Below, one piece after another: positions 1 to 10,532 of a DNA stretch of 48,479 nt. A program made the position numbers and the translations under genes. The stretch is taken from contig JAADVB010000142.1 of NCBI GenBank assembly GCA_023334545.1, positions 1-48,479 on the forward strand, written 5' to 3'. This stretch comes from Salisapilia sapeloensis CBS 127946. Taxonomy: Eukaryota; Protista; Oomycota. The notes under the pieces were generated by a model. The model was not told where the DNA came from. It was given only the letters and a program-made list of their open reading frames with translations, and made no database searches. Within the stretch, counting starts at the first letter, position 1; every line of letters starts with the position of its first letter.

Positions 1-280
1 AAATTCTGACCTGATTCGCAAGCGATGCGGTGGTTCAAGTGTCAGCGATTTCGCTGACCAAAGTGATCGGGAGGAGTCTCAGAGCGGGAGGGACAGAAAA
101 TGTTGACAAAAGCAGGCGGTATTCTCGCCCGCCACAATGGCCGACCGAGGTCCGCTTCGATTTGGGGGATGTAACGTCTTGTCTCATGAGTCCGGTTCGA
201 TAGAATTGTAATCTGCCCTAATTTATACGTTTGCTAATCTGCGCACTCGACACTAAACATCAAAAGAAAAGAATTTCGAC

Positions 281-913
281 ATGCCGGCGTATCATTCGGC
301 GTTCAATGAGACCAAAGCGGCAGAAGTCTGCGGATGTGCGCTTTTGCCACTGAAGACCAAGTCGAGAGGTCCAGCCCCACCAGCTCCTGATGACCAGGAA
401 GATGTCGCCGACGAAATATTGCGCCTCTTTCGGGCGAATGTGCTCTTTACGAACTACGAGATCAAAGGGGAAGCCGATCGTGTCCTCATCTACGGCACTT
501 TGTTCACACATTTGTGTCTAAAGAAACTGGATAAATGCAACTCCAAGACTGATGGTATCTCCTTGCTTGCTACTCTATGAATGTGCATTATTAACGTACT
601 TCGTAGCGGTTCGTATCTTACAGCAGACTGCTGCGGATACCTTTGCGATTCCTGGTGACGCCAACTTCCCTCTTGGTGGTATGGTTCGTGCTCCCACAAG
701 TGCCAATGAAGCTGGTAGGCTCACACCTCTTCCATATACAACTTGAATCCATCTCACTCTCTTCTTATAGAAACGATTCGAGGGTACTTTAAGCAACTTC
801 GAGAATGCATTGCCTACCGCTTACCCGAGCTCGTCTTTGCCGACGGGTCTCGAAGCAAGTGGTGGATGCTATTTGCCAAACGAAAGTTCATGAACAAGGA
901 ACTCCAACGCTAA
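281..913 (+). CDS. ARPC3: Arp2/3 complex subunit 3 (p21-Arc), 3 exons
   Basis: Starts MPAYHS and contains DVADEILRLFRANVLFTNYEIKGEADRVLIYGTL. Removing GT-AG introns 555-606 and 715-770 joins DAVRILQQ..FAIPGDANFPLGG..ETIRGYFKQLRE..SKWWMLFAKRKFMNKELQR, with TAA at 911-913. Confidence 0.95.
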
Positions 914-974
914 GAGAGTTACTTTCTTTTCTTTCCTAGAAGCAAAGAAAAAGAAATTGCCATTTTCCATTCTC

Positions 975-1850
975 TTAAGCAAATCCAGCCGCCAAACGTT
1001 CAAAGTCTGCTTCCAATTGACGATAGTTGGTTACCCATGCATTGCTAGGATTCTGTTGTTCCAATCGAGAGAGATACGTATCCGTCGGTTTGTTCAAGTG
1101 CGTATTGACAACGATCAGATTTAGTAGCGTATCTTCATTCGATGAATCCTTGTCAAATGCTTCCATCAGTAGTCGCTCCGCTTCCACATAATTGTTTAAT
1201 GCCATGTACGCCGCGGCAGCTCCGTTCAAAAGTAATGGCGTCGTTCCAAATCGATCACCAAGCTCCTGGAAATGCATCGTCGCTTCATCCGCAGCCTCTC
1301 CTCCGCGTTGCACGAGACACCACGCATGTGCCAGTTGAGTCAAAGTCGAATCTTCTTCCATTTGCTGCATCTCCGCGACGATTTTCAACGCCAGATCACT
1401 TCGTTCCATCTGCAAGTACAAGTTGACCATGTAGAGCTTATGCTCAAGACCTCCCCCACGCGTAAGCATCGAAAGCGCATTCGAAAGCTTGTTCATCTTG
1501 AGAAACATGATACCTGCGAAAAGCAGCAAGTGCGGGTTTTCAGCACTCGATGGATCTTGTTGCCACTCGTTCAACGTCAGCTCTACCATTTCTGGATCCG
1601 CTTGACCGCTCAGGAACGTCGCGAAGAGACGCAAAGCACTTAACGCGACAGAAGATGTGCTTTCAGGGATCGCACCTAGTACCTGATCGGTCTGACCGAG
1701 TGCGAGTTGCGCCCGGAGGACGTACAAGTCACGTTCACTCTGCATCGCCTCCGAGAGATGACCTAGCATACTCCCTTCACTCACTGCGTTTCGGTAGTTC
1801 CCCACATAAAACTGATTCTTTAGCGTAAATAGCTCATCCGGTTCCGCCAT
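975..1850 (-). CDS. COPE: Coatomer subunit epsilon, single exon
   Basis: 291 aa. N-terminus DELFTLKNQFYVGNY, TPR-like helices, QMEEDSTLTQLAHAW and TPLLLNGAAAA are typical of epsilon-COP. Confidence 0.93.
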   Translation of the reverse strand: MAEPDELFTLKNQFYVGNYRNAVSEGSMLGHLSEAMQSERDLYVLRAQLALGQTDQVLGAIPESTSSVALSALRLFATFLSGQADPEMVELTLNEWQQDPSSAENPHLLLFAGIMFLKMNKLSNALSMLTRGGGLEHKLYMVNLYLQMERSDLALKIVAEMQQMEEDSTLTQLAHAWCLVQRGGEAADEATMHFQELGDRFGTTPLLLNGAAAAYMALNNYVEAERLLMEAFDKDSSNEDTLLNLIVVNTHLNKPTDTYLSRLEQQNPSNAWVTNYRQLEADFERLAAGFA

Positions 1851-1982
1851 CCTGCTTCGTGTCGTTTATGATCTCGAGAGGAGTCGAGATGATAGTACGC
1901 ATATGGCATCGTCTCATAATTCACTTGATCTAATTATACATATAGTCAGAAACGCCATCACACGGTCGATAAGGAGCTCGAG

Positions 1983-3397
1983 ATGTCATCGCCCGAGGCC
2001 GGTAGCAGTAGTAGCGACGAGGAAGAGTTTAATGCTCAAACGGGGGCGACTTCTACGGAGCCAAAGGAGGAAGGATCATCGTCGGCACAGACTGATGGAG
2101 CGACAAAAGCGAGTGGAGTAGCTGAGCCATCGGAATCCACGAAAGGAGGCGAGTCGAAAGGAGCTAGTGACGACGATGAGGATGACGCGAAAGGATCGGA
2201 AGGTCCGAGTAAAGATAATGAGATGGCAGATCTCTTTGGTTCCGACTATGATTCGGAAGAAGAGGAGTTCAAGGCTTCTGGTGTGAAAGAGTCGCCTGTG
2301 CCAGAAGACATGCGAGCGGCGACGGAACTGTATGCAGATGAAACGACAGACCATGTTGGTGGCCACTCGAGTGAAATGTGGCTTCCCAAAACACCCAAAG
2401 CGAATAAAGGAGCTGCCTACTATGTTTGCAAGATGCCGAATATCTTGCGTCTCGTGCCAGAAGCGTATACGAAGCAATCGATTCAGGAAGAGACTAGGAA
2501 CCAGTCAGACGAGTCCATCTACCGCAATTACGTCCGATGGAGGTATCCATCTCATCATACTCGTGTCCATGATTTATACTCATAGCTAGTCTAGATATCA
2601 ACGCGATGAAGATGGTCATGTAAAGTTAGATCCAGAGACGCAAAAGCCACTTCGAGAGAGCAACACCAAGGTCGTGCAATGGGAAGATGGCACGCTAACC
2701 ATGTTCGTCGGTAAAGAGGCGCTCAATATGTCTCGCCAACCACTCGCTAACTCGTTCCTTTACGCACAAGAAGTACATTTACATATCGTTACATCTACAT
2801 CCCTTTCTAACAGTTGCTCAGGTCGCAAGTGATCGTCCGGATGTAGATGACTCGCAAGCTGTGCGTGAGACCGTGTTGGAATCGCACAGTCAGCTCGATC
2901 ATAAGTTCACCATCCGTCCCATGACGACATCCTCCAAGTCCCACAAGCGTCTGACGATGTCCATGCGAGCGCAACATAACAAGGGTGTGCAAAAAGTTAA
3001 GGAGTACATCTCTGAAATGGATGGCGATCGAGAGCAGGCACAACGAGCGAAGATCAATGACGACCGACTGCGTCTTCAGAATCGGAAGAAGGCGAAGCAG
3101 ACATACGAGTACGATCGAGACCGGTCGTCTCGAATGGACGCTTCATTCCTCGAAGAAGGCATCGAGTATGAAGAAGGCGAGAGCGTTGCAGCCATTAAAG
3201 AGCAGTTTGGTGGTCGCAGTGGTCGAAAAGCTCCGAAGAAGCATGCGAAAGAACCTTTGGGAGGAGGCTTTGATGACTACAGTCGTCGTCGTGAAGTCGA
3301 GTCTGAAAGTGAAGACGAGAGTGAACAAGAGGAGGAGGAAGAGGAGGAAGAGATGGTCTTTCGCAGCAATAAGAAGCGTCGGACGGTCGAAGACTAA
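1983..3397 (+). CDS. LEO1: Paf1 complex subunit LEO1, 3 exons
   Basis: Acidic N-terminus, then KMPNILRLVPEAY..NYVRWR. Introns 2543-2594 and 2773-2821 join it to ESNTKVVQWEDGTLTMFVG and the downstream ORF 2861-3397 (KFTIRPMTTSSKSHKRL), which ends in an acidic tail. Confidence 0.9.
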
Positions 3398-3430
3398 GTC
3401 AAATGAAAACGTTGACGAAATACGAGTGTT

Positions 3431-6031
3431 TTAGTTTTGCGACAGGAAGACACAACTATCCATAGCGCCTCGGAATGCATCATTCGAAGCTTCTTGCATG
3501 TCCGGTGTCCATGGACTCTGCTCATCCTTCCACTTGGATCTCGTACGCAGGCCACGCAAGTACGCTAGCATCGCCAAGTCACTTTGCGGCACGACGACCG
3601 TTAGCACGTCTTTCACTTGCTCTTGTACCTTGGTTAAAAAGTCATTCACGGTCGTAGCAAACGTCTTTTGTCTTGTCATCCATGACACGTGGTCTTGAAT
3701 GAACTGCGTGGACAGGTCGAAGCTACTTTCTCCATCCACTTCTACCCAGCACAAGTCTTCTTTTTGTAAAGATGATACGACCTTTGTCTCTAATGCTTGT
3801 AAACTACTACACTCTTCTACATTGGACACAGTACCGCCGACCATTTTGGTCGCATGGACAAATGGACTTTGCGTATGTGCTCGTAAATCTCCATGTGAAT
3901 ATCGTTGCCATGGCTTCCCACCAACACGTTGGTTCCCACTCTCTTCCGTCGACGTGTACTGGTACTTGAGTAACGTCATCTTTTTCCCGTCCTCTTCCAA
4001 CTTACTCGGCAGAGCGTCAAAAGCACTGGAGACAAAGGATGTTTCTGGGATACCATAGGAAGGCCCTCGTCGTACCTTTCGTAGCAGAAGTTCCATGGCA
4101 GCAATCGCATCTTCGGCCGAGTCATGCCCGTCCTGAAGCTTCGTCTGAATATCTTTTTGCAAATATGTTTTCGTCAAGTACTTGAGAGACGGACGGAATG
4201 GGAAACCGCGTTGGTGAGGATACAAAATGGATGTATCGGCAATCGTAACGTGGACCAGCCTCAAAGCACGTAGATCACTCGATAACGAATGTCCGACGAG
4301 GATCGTGTCGGAGAATAGATACTCCGTAGTCAAGTCACGCTGGACGTCTGCTAGCGTATGTGTCGCTGTCTCCAGCATCTCTGGCGTGATACCACTGTAC
4401 TCTGTATGGTAGTTAAGTATCGTGCTATGAGGCTTCACTAGTTGGTCGTACGCGACTCGACCGAGCGCATCCACGACCGTCACGCGTGTAAGTTCCATAC
4501 CAAGATCCGTCTCACACATCTCACAGTCAATCGCGTACACAACGTCAGCTGCACTAGTGTCTGGTCGCGCTTGTGTCTCGACAAACTTGTCCATCGTATA
4601 GTTCCTCGTAGATGTGTTCAATGCTTGCTGCTCGACTTTCACATCGACAGGAAAGCCATGCTGCTTCAATTCATCCATGGACAAGATAAAGTACTCGAAC
4701 GTCTTTCGGTCTTTCAAATCGACTTCCTTGTCTTCATCGACGCTTGTAGTTACATCAGGTGTCGTACGGATGATAGCACCGTCCGCATCACGCGCAACAT
4801 CTACTGCCGTCGCCTTGACGAGAGACAATCGGATCGATCGTGGTTTGCTCGTACCTGCTATTTGTTGCTTCGATGCCAAGTGCTCTGGTGTCTCTTTTGC
4901 ATATTGTAGATCCAGTTGCGGATCTGTAGTAAAGTATCGCATCGATCTATCTTCACTCTGGAGGACGTCGAGTGTATAGTCTTCGTCATTCTCTTCTGCA
5001 ACAACAGCTCCCTCGCCTTTCGACCCACTGACGAGTTTCTGCCATTTTAAGTGCAAGAGGTCTCCGTCGACTTGCCACGTACCACCCAAAGGCTGGCTTT
5101 TTCTAGTAAAAGTTCCTTGAGGACGTAGGATGAGTTCATCTGTGTATCCGTACGAATGCACGAAGAGGAATGTGAGTTCATGTGCATAGAATAACTCGTC
5201 GACGGACTTGTCATTGACGTGTACGGATGGCTTGGGGTATCGATAGATCAGTTCAGGTAGTGGTGTCTCCACTCTCTTCGCCTGATCCTTCTTCATTAAT
5301 GTACATGGCATACTGGTACAATTATCAAAGAACGACAAATCTTTTCGATACTTTTGAAGGACAGACGGATGGAAGTTGCTGAGTAAGACGACGCAGACTT
5401 TACGTGGCAAGGGCTTGTTTGGACAGAGAGACGGCATCAAGTATGGACTGATGCGTCCCTTTTCTTCTTCCTCACCACCATTGCTATCGAGAAGACTGCC
5501 GGTTACGATACTTTGGATATCTTCGGCATGTAAACGAGTTCGACGTTGCGTCATGGACTCCATCCACGTATCAAAATCCAGTAGTACTTGACTGCTTGGA
5601 CTCTGACGAGGAAATTGAACGATCAAGTCTGGATTATACGCTGTAACTTGGCTTGGTTGCTGCTTTCGTGGAGGTGCAGAAGGCATGGGTGGCTGCTGAT
5701 GGTTGCTCGAACGGCCATGATAGCCTGCTTGAGGGTACTGTTGATAAGCTGCAAATTGGCCTTGCTGCTGATGCTGATATCTCATGTTTGGCTGTGACGA
5801 TGGAGGCTCAATCATCGTATGGGGTCGCTTTCGAGGAACGTAAGTTGCATCATAATCGTTGGCTCCCGGAGCTGCTTCATTGGGAGGAGGAACAGGAGGC
5901 AACGGCGGTGCTTTTAGACTACCGCTGTCGACTAAAGGAGCTTGTGTCAATGAAGCACTTGATGGAGGCGCTATAGGTGCTTCTTGGACCTCTCCAATCT
6001 CCAGAATCTCACCCTCTTCCTCACTACTCAT
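3431..6031 (-). CDS. DEDDh 3'-5' RNA exonuclease (REXO1/REX1-like), single exon
   Basis: Exo motifs YAIDCEMC, LVGHSLSSDLRAL and GHDSAEDAIAAMEL in an 866-aa ORF with a Pro/Gln-rich N-terminus. Confidence 0.9.
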   Translation of the reverse strand: MSSEEEGEILEIGEVQEAPIAPPSSASLTQAPLVDSGSLKAPPLPPVPPPNEAAPGANDYDATYVPRKRPHTMIEPPSSQPNMRYQHQQQGQFAAYQQYPQAGYHGRSSNHQQPPMPSAPPRKQQPSQVTAYNPDLIVQFPRQSPSSQVLLDFDTWMESMTQRRTRLHAEDIQSIVTGSLLDSNGGEEEEKGRISPYLMPSLCPNKPLPRKVCVVLLSNFHPSVLQKYRKDLSFFDNCTSMPCTLMKKDQAKRVETPLPELIYRYPKPSVHVNDKSVDELFYAHELTFLFVHSYGYTDELILRPQGTFTRKSQPLGGTWQVDGDLLHLKWQKLVSGSKGEGAVVAEENDEDYTLDVLQSEDRSMRYFTTDPQLDLQYAKETPEHLASKQQIAGTSKPRSIRLSLVKATAVDVARDADGAIIRTTPDVTTSVDEDKEVDLKDRKTFEYFILSMDELKQHGFPVDVKVEQQALNTSTRNYTMDKFVETQARPDTSAADVVYAIDCEMCETDLGMELTRVTVVDALGRVAYDQLVKPHSTILNYHTEYSGITPEMLETATHTLADVQRDLTTEYLFSDTILVGHSLSSDLRALRLVHVTIADTSILYPHQRGFPFRPSLKYLTKTYLQKDIQTKLQDGHDSAEDAIAAMELLLRKVRRGPSYGIPETSFVSSAFDALPSKLEEDGKKMTLLKYQYTSTEESGNQRVGGKPWQRYSHGDLRAHTQSPFVHATKMVGGTVSNVEECSSLQALETKVVSSLQKEDLCWVEVDGESSFDLSTQFIQDHVSWMTRQKTFATTVNDFLTKVQEQVKDVLTVVVPQSDLAMLAYLRGLRTRSKWKDEQSPWTPDMQEASNDAFRGAMDSCVFLSQN

Positions 6032-7094
6032 ACTTGTCTTGCTTTGGATGCTACGGGTCGATCTAGAATATTGGTATGAATATTACACGTGATTTTTGTA
6101 TTATATATGCATATTATTTGGAGACGGATATGGCCTTTTATGCAACTCGTACAAGCTGCTTTATGCACCATGTTCCAGCTTTCTTTGCTTCGTATCGAGT
6201 CTGTAGTTAATAGCTTTTCATGTTTATCGATCATTTAAGTAGCAAAAATGCATATTCCTTTGTCGCTTGGGTCGAGGATGTCCTCATCAAAACTGGAGTT
6301 GGAGGTTATCAACAAATACTCACTGGAAGTAGAGAAGTGTCTTGGTATATTCTCTTCATGGGAGATGCCTAGATAAGTACAATTTCGGGAGTATTGCACG
6401 CTGTATGAACATCTATTCAATTAGACTCGCTTCGGTATTAATTTGCGACAAAAGTGTATATTTAATACTGAAGATAGGCTGTCGAAGCGAACCGGTAACT
6501 TGGTTGTCGTCTGCGTGCTAAATGTATAGAAGTTCCAGTAAAGCTCGGCAACAAAGTCTATCAACACCAATGCTATTTTCAGACGGTAAGATCGTAATTA
6601 TAGGAAATAGCAATGCTCAACTATCATCGTGTATTAATCAGAAAGAAGCATGTAAACGGCATCATCACAGTACTGCGATCTAGAGATTCCGCGTCATCCA
6701 GTGTAATTTATTGTTTAAAATAAATCATTCCCATCAAGCTTGCGTTAGCTCGTGCCATATTTCTTACGCTACTATTGTTATACAAATGCATCCAAGTCAA
6801 CGATGTACATGCACATCTAGTAGATAGCAGCAATTAGAAAGCTTGGTAGTGCAATCACATCAAAGCAGTTCGTTCCTGCTTCTGCTTTCAACTCATATAT
6901 TGTTCATTTTTACTCTCTTACAATAATATGTCCTGCAAGCTGTAGGCCGAACTAATCTTCATAAGGTACACCCGTTTCAAGTTCGCCACATAAGAAACGC
7001 GATCTATTTATGGAAGTTTGGAAACGGACAATAACACAAGCTCTTAGATCTCCCCGCACTTTTGCAAGTGAGTTCAGCTTAAACCATTAAAAGC

Positions 7095-9215
7095 ATGCTT
7101 CGTGTCAAAAGCGTTGCGCCATACTCCAACGGTGATGAATCACATGTGCAGTCGGATTCTTCCGATAACCCCCGGCAGAAGCTAACCAAGTTAGAAGTAG
7201 CTGGAGCACTGTACAATCTTTTTCTTTGGGTTTTCATTGCCTTTTTAGTTGTATCACAAATGCTTACTCCTATTTGGCAAGCCGGCACGGTGTCTACAAA
7301 GGTAAACTCTGGAAGCGACGTATCTCTTGGACCACAACAAATTGTTGATACAGTAAATGCACCCTACACTGATCGCTCAGTCGTTTGCATTAAAGAAGGT
7401 TGCTCATTTCATGCAATCCAAGTTAACGACGCTTTGGAAGACACAAGGACAAAAGTTTTTGATACGACAGGCGAATACATTGGAGGTTACCGAATGATGA
7501 ATCGCTCGGGAATGACGCTCTCGCCGATAGCCCAAAACTTTTACGACAGTACGTGTACAGTCATTAATGAGACTATTGATGGGATCATAGGTAGCTGTGA
7601 AGCACTAGGTTACACCAAACTTAATCGGACTGGTGTAAAAATCATTCGTGGCACTGAAAACAGCGTTACGAATTTAATACCACACGTACTTCCAATAGTG
7701 ATGATACCTATTACTGATAACCTTGAGAGCGCAAAATATGTTATTCCTGGTGAAGATGGGCATTCTTGCATGTTTCGATTGTCCGGTTTATATACCGCTA
7801 CTTCAGACGAGAAGGCCATTCTATATGGAGTTAGTAGAGATGATCGAGACCACAAGACGCAAGAGTTTCTGGGTCGTTACGGTGGTGAATGGAGAAATGG
7901 CTGGTACCATGACAAGCAAGGAATGAAGTGGTATTCAGACGTAATTAGTTCTAAGCCTAATAGCTCCGTAGGGGCTTTCAGACGACAATTCGATACCATT
8001 CGTAACAAAGAACTGGAAGTGGTGGATGGTTGGGACCAGTGGGAATTGCAACGAGTTTTGCGAACTTGGAGTAAAAGCCTTCAAATGCTTATTCAAGTGG
8101 TTCAAGCAGAAGAAGTATTAATTGCAAACGGTTACCGATATGGATTCTCGAATCTCAAATTCGTTATGCTTAATACAACTCTCAGTGTATACGACATCTA
8201 CATGTTTATATCCAGCTTGTCAATAATTTGGCTTCTTACGCGGTGGATGGTTTTAATGGTAGCGCTTTACAACGGTTATCGCAAAGGGCATACTCGGTGG
8301 CACAACGCAAAGATAGGCGGTATTGCGTGTTCCTTTGGAATTAACTTCATCCCATTTACGATGATTCCCAGGCTGCCTCAGATAGCAGCAAGCTTCTGGA
8401 CTATCGGCTGCCGATTTCAAGGGAATCAGTCAGTCCTTGCAGATGCATGGTTTGTGATGTATCCTTCCATTGTCGATTTCGTGCTGCTTACGTTCAGTTT
8501 TATCAACATTACTGGCAGATTGATTAGAAGACGCGTTTCAGATGCATTTGTTGGGCCTGCCATTTACCTTCTATCTCTACTCCACTTACTTCGTAACGAG
8601 ATCCAATTTTTAGAAGGTTTCGGCCTTGCGAGTGGCGTGCCAAACATGGTATCCTCCGACGAAGTGGACAACATGACAATACTTCAATCGTTATCTTATG
8701 ACATGACTATGCGACTAAATGGTCGTGTCCTCGGTATATTTGTTCTAAAGATTGGAATAATTACACTCTGCGTTTCTTCTCTTCTATTCAGTGAAAAAAT
8801 CATAAAGCGTGTTCCACCGGATGCGTCTATGCCCCCATCACGTGCTGAAGCCTCTCTTGCTCTCAACGCGTACAACATCGGTGGACTCGGCCGATCTTCC
8901 TTATACAACGAAATGGTCAGAACGAGTGAAAGTCAAGTAAAAACTTATCAACTTAGTGCTTACGAACTCGGTCGTATGAATTATGTCGTTTTCGGAGATC
9001 AATTTTTATTAACGTGGAGTGACTGGAGTATCATTACGGCCATCAGGCCGCTCAAGTTATTTTACAGGTATTGGAACCACCGTGTTACTGTATATCAAGT
9101 GGAAATGAAAGACGGTGTCTACTTTATATCGCGAAATCCCGCACTGAAGCGACTTGATGATCCGAAATTGCTAGCAATACCGTGGTGGAAAATTGACCTT
9201 CGATCACTTGGTTGA
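7095..9215 (+). CDS. Uncharacterised multi-pass membrane protein, intronless
   Basis: 706-aa ORF with one N-terminal TM segment, a Cys-containing extracellular region, about 6-7 C-terminal hydrophobic segments and a LLAIPWWKIDLR tail. It resembles oomycete hypothetical transmembrane families as I recall them (not searched). Confidence 0.8.
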   Translation: MLRVKSVAPYSNGDESHVQSDSSDNPRQKLTKLEVAGALYNLFLWVFIAFLVVSQMLTPIWQAGTVSTKVNSGSDVSLGPQQIVDTVNAPYTDRSVVCIKEGCSFHAIQVNDALEDTRTKVFDTTGEYIGGYRMMNRSGMTLSPIAQNFYDSTCTVINETIDGIIGSCEALGYTKLNRTGVKIIRGTENSVTNLIPHVLPIVMIPITDNLESAKYVIPGEDGHSCMFRLSGLYTATSDEKAILYGVSRDDRDHKTQEFLGRYGGEWRNGWYHDKQGMKWYSDVISSKPNSSVGAFRRQFDTIRNKELEVVDGWDQWELQRVLRTWSKSLQMLIQVVQAEEVLIANGYRYGFSNLKFVMLNTTLSVYDIYMFISSLSIIWLLTRWMVLMVALYNGYRKGHTRWHNAKIGGIACSFGINFIPFTMIPRLPQIAASFWTIGCRFQGNQSVLADAWFVMYPSIVDFVLLTFSFINITGRLIRRRVSDAFVGPAIYLLSLLHLLRNEIQFLEGFGLASGVPNMVSSDEVDNMTILQSLSYDMTMRLNGRVLGIFVLKIGIITLCVSSLLFSEKIIKRVPPDASMPPSRAEASLALNAYNIGGLGRSSLYNEMVRTSESQVKTYQLSAYELGRMNYVVFGDQFLLTWSDWSIITAIRPLKLFYRYWNHRVTVYQVEMKDGVYFISRNPALKRLDDPKLLAIPWWKIDLRSLG

Positions 9216-9461
9216 TATGAGCTTTAAACGAGATGTGCTATCGGTACTACTCCGGACGCTTTAAAGCTTTGGGCACAGCGCCAAGAAAATTAATTCAAAT
9301 GAGATCAATCGATTCTTTCATGCAAACCAAGCTAATACATTGAACGTTTAGAAAAGTAAAAGTGCACGTTATACAAGCCCTTCATTAGCCGTTCCCTATC
9401 GCAGTGCTTCTGTCGTTCGAAACGCTGCAAATCCTTCCAAATTTCCATGCATACATATACT

Positions 9462-10532
9462 TCATGGAGTTGGCTCCGATCCAGATTGGACTGTCGGAGA
9501 TACAGCAAATGAGCTGCTTTCGGATTTTTCTGATAAGCTGCGCACTTGTTGTACAACGTGCTGCATTAACTCTTCCGTGGAACGAATGATGCCTGGTATA
9601 GCACCGAGTGCCATAATGTTGGCGTTCGTTCCTGCAACAGCTTTTGGTAATTCGTGGACCGTGAGTTCCTTGGACAGCTTCTTGATGTCCTTGAGCTGGT
9701 TTACTAGAGCCGATGATTCCTTGTACAGAGTTTGAGCTTGTTCAACAAGTTTTGGTACCAATTTCACTGCCTCTTGAATCGTGTCTTGAAGTGAAGATAC
9801 ACCTCTCCACATCATTTGAGCTGGAGGTGATAGCTTGTCTTCATCGAGTACATTTCCAAAGTCAAGCTCAAATGACCCGTCTTCCGTCGTGGAAATTTCA
9901 ACATCCGACAGTCCGAGGTTGGCCAGCTCTTCCATTAAATACTGGAAAGCTGTGGCTAGACTTGGTAATTCAGACTGCTGCGCAATAAGTGCGCGCCGCA
10001 ACTTGAAAATGGAGATATTTACGTCACGAATAGCGAGCTTTTGGGCAGTCTTATCACCTTTTAAGAAGACATAACCACGATCACACTCAAAGTCCGATCG
10101 TTTGTCTTTCGATGCTGCGCTGAGAGACGAATTCAAGGTGGCCACTGCGAGTTGGCATGTCATCAACAAGTCGTTTACAGCGGGGAATTTCTTCTTAAGC
10201 GCTTGAACTTCATCGCTGCCCATCACTTTTTCCTCCTTTTCATTAAAGTTCCACAGCTCTAGCTCCACTCCACCGTCCTTGGACTTAACAGGCCGAACCA
10301 TGGTTGAGCCACGTGAGGCTGCAGCCGCCGAGATGAGAGCTTCTTCACATTCATAGATTTTATTATGAATGTTCACGAGTTGGTTGAGTGGATCGCTTGC
10401 GCTTGTAAAGAACTTGTCAAAGCTCTTAATCTTAGTCACACGCAGCGCGATACTTTCCAAAGTCTTATCTGCGGGGTCGCGAGGAGTGTGCACATCGCCT
10501 GTTAAGCACATGCTAGAACAAGTTTGGCCCAT
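9462..10532 (-). CDS. Uncharacterised helical/coiled-coil protein with predicted N-myristoylation (MGQTCS)
   Basis: The track ORF 9462-10661 opens on TTG. The first in-frame ATG is at 10532, giving about 356 aa with a helical C-terminal half. No family recognised. Confidence 0.7.
   Translation of the reverse strand: MGQTCSSMCLTGDVHTPRDPADKTLESIALRVTKIKSFDKFFTSASDPLNQLVNIHNKIYECEEALISAAAASRGSTMVRPVKSKDGGVELELWNFNEKEEKVMGSDEVQALKKKFPAVNDLLMTCQLAVATLNSSLSAASKDKRSDFECDRGYVFLKGDKTAQKLAIRDVNISIFKLRRALIAQQSELPSLATAFQYLMEELANLGLSDVEISTTEDGSFELDFGNVLDEDKLSPPAQMMWRGVSSLQDTIQEAVKLVPKLVEQAQTLYKESSALVNQLKDIKKLSKELTVHELPKAVAGTNANIMALGAIPGIIRSTEELMQHVVQQVRSLSEKSESSSFAVSPTVQSGSEPTP

Noticed and set aside
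41-58. Palindrome GTCAGCG-ATTT-CGCTGAC and smaller stems in the first 140 nt, considered as a possible ncRNA
   Set aside because: The stem is only 7-8 bp. I could not match it to snRNA, SRP, RNase P/MRP or tRNA motifs, and the context is cut by the window edge.
2543-2594. LEO1 intron starting GTATCCAT, considered as a U12-type intron; also ATATCCTT at 33320
   Set aside because: There is no TCCTTAAC branch site and the 5' consensus is incomplete. The second match lies antisense within a TRP exon.
1142-5976. Many 60-190 aa antisense or alternate-frame ORFs over COPE, LEO1 and the exonuclease (and similarly 22834-24585, 30522-31040, 40236-40763)
   Set aside because: They are shadow ORFs of real genes, with no recognisable motifs, and are explained by codon bias or low-complexity sequence.
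6430-6473. 12-bp imperfect hairpin CTTCGGTATTAA / TTAATACTGAAG
   Set aside because: It is short and AT-rich in AT-rich DNA, so plausibly chance. No supporting features.
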